Origin: Gemmatimonadota bacterium
Lineage (GTDB): Bacteria > Gemmatimonadota > Gemmatimonadetes > Palauibacterales > Palauibacteraceae
Direction: 5' to 3'
NCBI GenBank assembly: GCA_965116475.1
Contig: OZ220691.1
Span: 384,001 to 448,000 of the forward strand
DNA: 64,000 nt
Shown one piece after another: positions 57,410-64,000 of the stretch. The notes under the pieces are model-generated. The model searched no databases. It saw only the letters and a program-made list of their open reading frames with translations, and was not told the origin of the DNA. The translations under genes and the position numbers were made by a program. Positions within the stretch are counted from its first letter, which is position 1; every line of letters starts with the position of its first letter.

Positions 57410-58246
57410 TTGCGTTTATGGGCGTTGTCCGACCTGCACGTCTCCCATCCGGAAAACCGGGAGGCACTCGCGCGTCTGCCCGCCCGTCCCGACGACTGGC
57501 TGATCCTCGCCGGCGACGTCTCCCACGGTGCGCAGCGACTCGAGCAGTGCTTCGCCCAATTGACCCCGAAGTTCCGGCAGGTCGTCTGGGTCCCCGGAAA
57601 CCACGAGCTGTGGACGATTCCGGACGCGGCTCCCGGGCTCCGTGGCGTGGCCCTCTACGAGCACCTGGTCGCGGTCGCCCGCACCCACGGCGTGCTCACG
57701 CCGGAGGACCCCCATCCGGTGGTGGAACTGCCGGACGGACCGGTGCTGATCGCGCCGCTCTTCCTGCTCTACGACTACAGCTTTCGGCCCGGGCACGTAC
57801 GGCGTGATGGGGTGGTGCGGTGGGCCCGGGAAACCCGCGCGGTCTGCTCCGACGAAGTGATGCTGCACCCCGACCCGTTTCCGGACCGGGACTCGTGGTG
57901 CGCCGCACGCTGCGAGGACGCCGCCGCCCGGCTCGCGTCGGCTCCGGCCGACCTTCCCAAGCTCCTGGTCAATCACTATCCGCTCGAGGAGCGACACGCC
58001 GTGCTGCCGCGGATCCCCCGCTTCACGCCCTGGTGCGGGACCCGCCGGACGCGGGGTTGGCACCGGCGGTTCAACGCGTGCGCGGTGGTGTACGGTCACC
58101 TCCACATCCGGGACACCCACTGGCTCGATGGCGTGCCCTTCCAGGAGGTCTCGCTGGGGTATCCGGGACAGTGGGACCGCACGCGGGGGATCGGCGCCTA
58201 CCTGCGGGAAGTCACCCTGGCGCCCCGGGGCGCAACCGTCCGATGA
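57410..58246 (+). CDS. Calcineurin-like metallophosphoesterase
   Basis: SDLH, AGD, PGNHELW, NHYP, YGHLH. Confidence 0.9.
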   Translation: MRLWALSDLHVSHPENREALARLPARPDDWLILAGDVSHGAQRLEQCFAQLTPKFRQVVWVPGNHELWTIPDAAPGLRGVALYEHLVAVARTHGVLTPEDPHPVVELPDGPVLIAPLFLLYDYSFRPGHVRRDGVVRWARETRAVCSDEVMLHPDPFPDRDSWCAARCEDAAARLASAPADLPKLLVNHYPLEERHAVLPRIPRFTPWCGTRRTRGWHRRFNACAVVYGHLHIRDTHWLDGVPFQEVSLGYPGQWDRTRGIGAYLREVTLAPRGATVR

Positions 58247-58893
58247 CGAGCGCCATGCGGCACCGGGCGGAAGAAGGATGGGTCGAGGTCGTCGCCGGCG
58301 TCATGTTCAGCGGCAAGTCCGAGGAGCTGATCCGGCGCGTGCGGCGCGCCCTCATCGCCGGCCGGCGGGTCCAGCTCTTCAAATCCCACCTCGACGACCG
58401 CTACGGCGGCCGGTTTCACATCTCGTCCCACGACGGGCGGGAGATCGACGCCGAGCCCGTGTCCAGTTCCGTGGAGGTGGCCGAGAAGGTCCGCCCTTCC
58501 ACGCAGGTCGTCGCGATCGACGAGGCCCAGTTCCTGGACGACGGGATCTGCGAGGTCGTGGACGCGCTGGCCGATGCGGGGATGCGCGTCATCGCGGTCG
58601 GGACCGACATGGACTTCCGCGGCGAGCCCTTCGGCCCCATGGGTCTGCTCCTGGCGCGGGCGGAGCGGATCGACAAGCTGACCGCGATCTGCGTCGTGTG
58701 CGGCGACGCGGCGACGAGGAACCAGCGCCTCATCGACGGGAAGCCGGCGCCCGCCGAGGGCCCGACGATCCAGGTGGGGGGCGCCGAATCCTACGAGGCG
58801 CGCTGCCGCCGGTGCCACGACGTACCGCAGCGGGATCGCAGCCAGACGGAGCTGTCGCTGCGGCGCAAAACAGAGGGCTGGGAAGGCGTTTAG
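58243..58893 (+). CDS. tdk: Thymidine kinase
   Basis: GVMFSGKSEELIRR, IDEAQF, DFRGEPFG, CVVCG...YEARCRRCH. Confidence 0.95.
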   Translation: MTSAMRHRAEEGWVEVVAGVMFSGKSEELIRRVRRALIAGRRVQLFKSHLDDRYGGRFHISSHDGREIDAEPVSSSVEVAEKVRPSTQVVAIDEAQFLDDGICEVVDALADAGMRVIAVGTDMDFRGEPFGPMGLLLARAERIDKLTAICVVCGDAATRNQRLIDGKPAPAEGPTIQVGGAESYEARCRRCHDVPQRDRSQTELSLRRKTEGWEGV

Positions 58894-58924
58894 CAGCCCA
58901 CCGTAAGAGCCCTGCGTCGGCCCG

Positions 58925-60502
58925 TCAGCCGCCGGGGATGCGGAGGATGGGATACGGCTCGCCGGGGCGCAGCCGGTCCGCGAGGAAGCCCCAGTTCGCG
59001 AAGCCGTCGTCCGACTGCGGCTCGAGCAGGCTGAAGAGCAGGCGTCCGAGCGGCCGGTCGGTCCGCGCCAGCATGTCTCCGGGGGCCGGTGTGACGCGCG
59101 CCGGCTCGTAGCTCCCGAAGAGCGTCTGCTCGTTGCGGCCCTGGAACGGCCGCTCGGCCGTCCGCACCGAGTCGATGCGGAAGGCTTCCACCTCCCACGG
59201 CGTCCCGCCCGCCGGCTCGAGCGCGATCCCGTGCGCGGCAAGCCGGATCAGGACATCTCCCAGCTCCGCGGGAATCAGGTAGGCCGCCGGCACGCGCTCG
59301 CGCAGCGTCGGCTCGAACGTCCCGTACTCGTACATCGTCTCCACGTACTGGGTATCGGCGCGCAGGAGCAGCGGCCTTCCGGTGAGGGGGTGCGCTTCCT
59401 CGATGGTGGCGCCCATGAGGATGTCGACCGGGGCGGCCGAGCGTTCGGGGACGGCGCGCAGCGCGAGCGAGTCGCCGGTCACTCCGGCGGCGTCGGCGGC
59501 CGCCACGATGCGCCGCACCTCCTCCGCGTGCTCATGGACGTAGTCGAGGATCTCCTCCACGAAGTACAGCGTCGCGAGCACGCGCTCCTCGAAAGACGCG
59601 TACGAGTAGGCCTCGCTCAGGATCGCGATCCGGTTGCGGAGGCCGATGTAGTTGTTGTTGAAGCGCGGGCGGTGGTCGAAGGTGTACCAGCCCGGCGCCT
59701 CCCCGCCGCGGGCGAACGCGTTCCCGTAGTAGTAGTACTCCCAGCCGTACTTCTCCCGGATCTCCCCGGTCACGTGGGGGAAGAGCCCCTCCCGCAGGAA
59801 ACCGTCGATCTCCGCCGGCGTGTTGGGGTGGAGCGGCGGAGAGTACGTGAGGTGATACGCGTGCCGGGTCCCGTTCGTCGTGTGCAGGTCGACGGCGACG
59901 TGCGGATCGTATTCGCGGAACAGCCGCGCCACCGACCGCGCCTCCGGCGAGTCGAGCTTCATGTGGTCGCGGTTGAGGTCGTAGCCCTGGGCGTTCGGCC
60001 GCTGGCCCATCCCGCCGACCGGCCCGTGCTGACGGCCGCGGTTCGTGAGGAGCACCCGCTCGTTGCCGTCCGCGTTGTAGATCGGCGCGATGAGCAGGAC
60101 CATCGACTCCCGCCATGCCCGGTGGCGACCGGCGAGGAGGTCGCGCAGCAGCATCTGGAGCGCCTCCTTCCCGCACACCTCGCCGGCGTGGATGTTGCCC
60201 TGCAGGTAGACGACCGTCTTGCCCGAAGCCTTCACGGCCTCCGGACTCGCGTCTTCGACGTCGCCCACCACGGCCATGGGGATCGGCCGCCCCTCGTTCG
60301 TATAGCCGTACGTCGTGTAGTGGACCGACGCATCGCTCGCCGCGGCGCGCTCCAGGAAGTCCACCACCTCGGCGTACGAACTGGTTTCCCGATATGCCGT
60401 CCGCTCCGCGCGGGTCAGAAACCCCTCGCCCGCCGGCGCCGACCCCCCGCACCCCGCCACCGCAACCGCCACCGACCCGAGTAGGAGGTATTTTCGCGCC
60501 AT
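58925..60502 (-). CDS. M14 family zinc carboxypeptidase lipoprotein (frame continues upstream to 60703)
   Basis: Lipobox VAGC; NIHAGEVCGKE, NADGNE, DLNRD, DLHTTNG. Confidence 0.88.
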   Translation of the reverse strand: MARKYLLLGSVAVAVAGCGGSAPAGEGFLTRAERTAYRETSSYAEVVDFLERAAASDASVHYTTYGYTNEGRPIPMAVVGDVEDASPEAVKASGKTVVYLQGNIHAGEVCGKEALQMLLRDLLAGRHRAWRESMVLLIAPIYNADGNERVLLTNRGRQHGPVGGMGQRPNAQGYDLNRDHMKLDSPEARSVARLFREYDPHVAVDLHTTNGTRHAYHLTYSPPLHPNTPAEIDGFLREGLFPHVTGEIREKYGWEYYYYGNAFARGGEAPGWYTFDHRPRFNNNYIGLRNRIAILSEAYSYASFEERVLATLYFVEEILDYVHEHAEEVRRIVAAADAAGVTGDSLALRAVPERSAAPVDILMGATIEEAHPLTGRPLLLRADTQYVETMYEYGTFEPTLRERVPAAYLIPAELGDVLIRLAAHGIALEPAGGTPWEVEAFRIDSVRTAERPFQGRNEQTLFGSYEPARVTPAPGDMLARTDRPLGRLLFSLLEPQSDDGFANWGFLADRLRPGEPYPILRIPGG

Positions 60503-60703
60503 TGCCCTGTACCGGGGATCGTCGCGGTTCGCGGCTCGAAACTGCCCTCTCCATCGCGCCGAGAAGGGAGCATCCTCAGCCTGAATCATCTCCTTCAGCG
60601 ACGCCTCGACGAGCGATGAAACGGAGACCCCCCGTCTGCGCGCGTATCGCTTGGCAGTTCGTGCTACCTCGGAGTTGACCGTGACCGTGAGTCTGATCTT
60701 CAT
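60485..60703 (-). CDS. DUF6364-like RHH antitoxin, lacking its own stop (in frame with the M14 gene)
   Basis: MKIRLTVTV....AKRYARRRGVSVSSLVE...DDPRYRAMARKYL; GGTGAGG RBS. Confidence 0.7.
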
Positions 60704-60851
60704 TCCTCACCTTCCAGAGGCATGTATACGTGCCGTTGATAACTAGACGTATATCCGAGGAAGGACGAAAGGAGCCGGCCTCCATCGGAATGGCTCAAGG
60801 CAGGATGCAGTCTTCGAGGCCGGCACCGATAGGCAACTCGATTGCCCCCAA

Positions 60852-60866
60852 TGCGGCACTGCCGCA
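60852..60866. promoter_or_regulatory. Inverted-repeat operator upstream of the higBA-like module
   Basis: TGCGGCA-C-TGCCGCA ending 8 nt before the toxin ATG. Confidence 0.5.
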
Positions 60867-60874
60867 CATTGCCA

Positions 60875-61207
60875 ATGCGAATCCATACTACGCGAACCTA
60901 CGAACGCGCCGTGCGAAAGCTCTTGTCGAAGGCGGACCGGCAGGCGATGGAAGCAGCTATCGTCGCCGACCCGGTGGCTGCACCCGTTGTCCAGGGAACC
61001 GGAGGACTTCGCAAGTTGCGCTGGGCAGGCTCGGGGAGGGGCAAGCGGGGGGGCATCCGCACGATCTATTTCCGTCAAGCAGGTCCGGAAGCAATCTACC
61101 TGTTGACCGCCTACGCGAAGGCGGACCGGGAAGATCTGAGTCGAGCGGACAAGAAGGTGCTGACACGGATCGTTGCCGCGATCAAGGAGGAGGAACGACA
61201 CCGATGA
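60875..61207 (+). CDS. RelE/HigB-2-like toxin
   Basis: GTGGLRKLRW..SGRGKRGGIRTIYF, LLTAYAK..REDL. Confidence 0.88.
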   Translation: MRIHTTRTYERAVRKLLSKADRQAMEAAIVADPVAAPVVQGTGGLRKLRWAGSGRGKRGGIRTIYFRQAGPEAIYLLTAYAKADREDLSRADKKVLTRIVAAIKEEERHR

Positions 61208-61509
61208 CGAACCGGCGAACCGACTTGGGACGGGAGGTGGAGGCGGCGCTTGAAGAAGTGCTCGCCCATGTCCGCGGCCAAACGCGGCTTCCCTGTCGCA
61301 TCGTCGACGACCCCGCCGCCGAGCACATCGTGGCGCTACGCAAGCGCATGAAGTTGAGCCGCAAGAAGTTTGCGGACAGCTTCGGTCTGGATGCCCGCGC
61401 GGTACAGGAGTGGGAACAGGGGCGACGGGTCCCGGACCGCGCCGCTCGCGTCCTGCTCACAGTAATCGACCGCGATCCCGAGGCGGTGATACGCGCCCTC
61501 GGTAGGTAG
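61204..61509 (+). CDS. HigA-like Xre HTH antitoxin
   Basis: LSRKKFA..FGL....VQEWEQGRRVP; toxin-first gene order. Confidence 0.88.
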   Translation: MTNRRTDLGREVEAALEEVLAHVRGQTRLPCRIVDDPAAEHIVALRKRMKLSRKKFADSFGLDARAVQEWEQGRRVPDRAARVLLTVIDRDPEAVIRALGR

Positions 61510-61524
61510 GGGTGTAACCTCCTG

Positions 61525-62274
61525 CTATTCCTCCTGACCGAGCCGGTCGGCCCAGGCGACCGCGCTCGCGGCCATCTCATCGGCGACCTCCTCGTTCGTG
61601 CGGGGGCTGCGCTTGAGGACGCGGAAGGAGTGGTCGGCGCCCTCGAGCTGCTGGAGCGTGGCGCGCGGGCCGAGCGCGTCGCACGTCTGTTCGATCAGGT
61701 CCCAGCGGGCGAGCGCGTCGCGCGTCCCCTGCTGAAAGAGCATCGGCACCGTGACGTCGCTCAGGTGGGCCGCCCGCTCGGCGGCGCGCTCCGGACGGCC
61801 GGGCGCGTGGAGGGGGAAGCCGAAGAAGACGAGACCGCGCACGCCCGGCAGCGGTGCCTCGGAGGCGGCCGTCGACGTCATGCGGCCGCCCATCGACTTG
61901 CCGCCCGCCAGGAGCGGCAGTCCATCGGCCAGACGCCCGGCCCTCGCGACCGCGGCCCGCACCGTGTCGACGAGGATGTGCGGCCGGTCGGGGGGACGGC
62001 GGCGGCCCGAGAGAGCGCGCGCCTCCATGTAGGGGAAGTGGTAGCGAAAGGTCGCGATCCCCTGCCCCGCCAGGCGCTGCGCCATGTCGGACATGAACGG
62101 GTGCTCGATCCCCGCCCCGGCCCCGTGCGCGAAGGCGAGCATGGCACGCGGCTCGGGCGGGCGCACGAGCAGCGCGGACACTTCGCTCACGCGGAGGGAA
62201 ACGAACTGGGCCTGCTCGGGAAAGCGGTGCGTCTCGCCGACCTCGCCCGCCGCGCGGGGAGCAGGCCGACTCAC
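61525..62274 (-). CDS. Alpha/beta hydrolase (KANL3/Tex30-like)
   Basis: AHGAGAG, GGKSMGGR, GFPLH, QGTRD, GADHSF. Confidence 0.88.
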   Translation of the reverse strand: MSRPAPRAAGEVGETHRFPEQAQFVSLRVSEVSALLVRPPEPRAMLAFAHGAGAGIEHPFMSDMAQRLAGQGIATFRYHFPYMEARALSGRRRPPDRPHILVDTVRAAVARAGRLADGLPLLAGGKSMGGRMTSTAASEAPLPGVRGLVFFGFPLHAPGRPERAAERAAHLSDVTVPMLFQQGTRDALARWDLIEQTCDALGPRATLQQLEGADHSFRVLKRSPRTNEEVADEMAASAVAWADRLGQEE

Positions 62275-63536
62275 GGAGACTTCGTGTCCGGCTGATCCCG
62301 CGGCTCGTGCGCCGCGACCGGGCCCGTCCAGCGGTCGGTGGGGTCGAGTTTTTCCTCCGCCGTGGGATCGCGCGGCGCCGGAATCCGGAGCGCCAGCCAC
62401 AGGGCGATGGCGGAAGCCGCGGCCCCGACGAGGAACGGGCTCTCGATCGTGTACAGTTCGAACAGCCAACCCGCCGCCAGCGGCGCCAGCACGCGGCCCA
62501 ACCCCCCGGCGAGCTGGCTTCCCCCGAGCACGGAACCCTGCGAGTGCTCGTCCGTGTTTCGGGAGATCAGGGCGTGAAGCGATGGGAAGATGAGCCCCGT
62601 CGCCGCCGCCCAGCTCGGCACAAGGAGCCAGAGTTGCCAGCGGTCGACCAGGAACGGGATGGCGCCGACGCCCAGGGCGAGCAGCGCGCACCCGGCGCGC
62701 ACGGTGTTCGGTTCGCCGAAGCGCTTCACGATCCGACCCACGAGCCCGCCGCGCACGATCACCGTGACGCCCCCCGCGAGCGTGAACACGAGACCCATGT
62801 CCGCCGCCGTCATCGCGAACACGCGCTCGGTGTAGAGGGCCAGGACCGACGTCATCGAGGTGAAGCAGGCGAGCGTCAGGAAATACACCGCCAGGAGCAG
62901 CCACAGGGGAAACCGCGTCAGGGAGCCCAGCCACATGCCGACGGTCGCGGCCTCCCCCTTTGACGCGTCGGCCCGGCCGGAGCGGAAGTGTCGCGACTCC
63001 GGCAGCAGCACCATCGCTGCCATCAGGTTCAGCAGGCACAGCCCTCCGGCGACGTAGCCCGGCGCCCCCAGCCCGAAGCGGCTGAAGAAGCCCCCGATCG
63101 CCGGGCCGAGCATGATCCCGAGGCCGGACGCGGCCCCGATGAAGCCGAGCCCCCGGGCCCGTTCCTCGCCCTCCGTCGAGTCCGCGACGTACGCCTGCGC
63201 GATCCCGAGCGTCCCGCCGGCGGCGCCCGCCGTCGCGCGCGAGACGAGCAGCAGCCACAGGTTGTCGGCGAGCGCGAACAGTAGATACGAGAGCGCCGAC
63301 GCCAGAAGCCCGATGAGGAGGAGCCGGCGGCGTCCCACGCGGTCGGAGAACCTGCCCCATATCGGCGCCGAAACGAGTTGTGTGATGGAGAACGAGGCGA
63401 TGATGAGGGTGACCCAGCGCGGGGAAGCCCCAAGTTCCTCGGCGTAGAACGGGAGCAGCGGGAGCACGATGCCGAAGCCCATCATGTCCACCATCACCGT
63501 CCCGAACAGGACGCCGAGCCCGGAGCGTCTCAGCAT
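62271..63536 (-). CDS. MFS transporter (TetA/DHA1-like)
   Basis: DMMGFGIVLPLLP, motif A GRFSDRVGRR, motif C GIMLGPAIGG. Confidence 0.92.
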   Translation of the reverse strand: MLRRSGLGVLFGTVMVDMMGFGIVLPLLPFYAEELGASPRWVTLIIASFSITQLVSAPIWGRFSDRVGRRRLLLIGLLASALSYLLFALADNLWLLLVSRATAGAAGGTLGIAQAYVADSTEGEERARGLGFIGAASGLGIMLGPAIGGFFSRFGLGAPGYVAGGLCLLNLMAAMVLLPESRHFRSGRADASKGEAATVGMWLGSLTRFPLWLLLAVYFLTLACFTSMTSVLALYTERVFAMTAADMGLVFTLAGGVTVIVRGGLVGRIVKRFGEPNTVRAGCALLALGVGAIPFLVDRWQLWLLVPSWAAATGLIFPSLHALISRNTDEHSQGSVLGGSQLAGGLGRVLAPLAAGWLFELYTIESPFLVGAAASAIALWLALRIPAPRDPTAEEKLDPTDRWTGPVAAHEPRDQPDTKSP

Positions 63537-63859
63537 GCGGTTGCGGCGGTCATCCCGTGCTTCAAGCCGAACTCCTCCCTGCTCGGACCGTGCCCGGACC
63601 GGGTCGGCCGCGGGCGCGAGGCGCGGCGCGGATTCGGCCGCGTCGACGCTGTGCTCACGACACCCCGGACGATCCCCGCGTTGCGCTTCCGGCAGCGGAG
63701 GCCGCGGCGCAAAAACTCACTGTCCGTCGGGTGGGAGCGGGGATAGTTTGCCCCTCCACCGGCCGCCGGGGACAGCCCCGGGTCCCGGAACGCCCGTGGG
63801 ACGGCCGCCGGCAATCTTCAGACTCCATCTTCAGAACGGTTTTCAAGGGGAAGGGATTC

Positions 63860-64000
63860 ATGGCTGACACGCTGATTCGATTTGCGGCCGAGGACGGCGT
63901 CGCGGTCTTCACGATCGACGACCCGCCCGCGAACACATACACGTACGAGATGATGCGCGACCTGGACGACGCGATCCTGCGCGCGCGCTTCGACGAAAAC
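63860..64000 (+). CDS. Enoyl-CoA hydratase/isomerase family protein (partial, runs off the window)
   Basis: MADTLIRFAAEDGVAVFTIDDPPANTYTYEMMRDLDDAILRARFD. Confidence 0.75.
   Translation, partial: MADTLIRFAAEDGVAVFTIDDPPANTYTYEMMRDLDDAILRARFDEN

Noticed and set aside
1-64000. Many long overlapping or antisense ORFs (e.g. 459-3203, 13630-15885, 25109-27478, 34073-36343, 41500-43056)
   Set aside because: Shadow frames of high-GC coding genes; Arg/Pro/Gly-rich or antisense-patterned with no family motifs.
1-64000. CRISPR array, tRNA, rRNA
   Set aside because: No regularly spaced repeat-spacer units or recognisable structural RNA genes seen by eye; a covariance-model search was not possible.

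Overview
A high-GC bacterial chromosomal window. Gene content (TolB-amidohydrolase, VPS10-type hydrolase, M14 lipoprotein peptidase, nfeD-floA, form I cox cluster, many toxin-antitoxin modules) suggests a Gemmatimonadota-like organism, possibly host-associated; this is inference only. 1-27.8 kb holds hydrolases, an acyl-CoA ligase, nfeD-floA, a TonB receptor, and an ABC-2/DUF3526-type operon headed by a CxxC/RAPP leader ORF. 27.9-36.5 kb holds a deaminase, EamA, a methyltransferase and an aerobic form I CO dehydrogenase operon (mocA-xdhC-coxG-coxMSL). 36.5-52.4 kb is a defence island, partly of visibly lower GC. It contains two orphan genes, an IS3 remnant, a decayed nucleoside-deoxyribosyltransferase-like gene, a Ser/Thr kinase and a frameshifted Fic gene. 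It also contains a type I R-M system whose HsdR carries a C-terminal AlbA_2/Schlafen domain and whose hsdM-hsdS junction is split by an abiEi / abiEii-fragment / SIR2-SEC-C / abiEi cassette. 52.6-64 kb holds an unannotated 42-aa Cys-rich leader peptide with a terminator/antiterminator (candidate cysteine-sensing attenuator) before an ATP-grasp ligase. It also holds two direct-repeat FitA/VapC modules around a BCCT transporter, tdk, an antitoxin-M14 peptidase in-frame fusion, higBA-like genes, an MFS transporter and a partial enoyl-CoA hydratase. No rRNA, tRNA or CRISPR array was seen. All family calls come from motif recognition by eye, not database searches.
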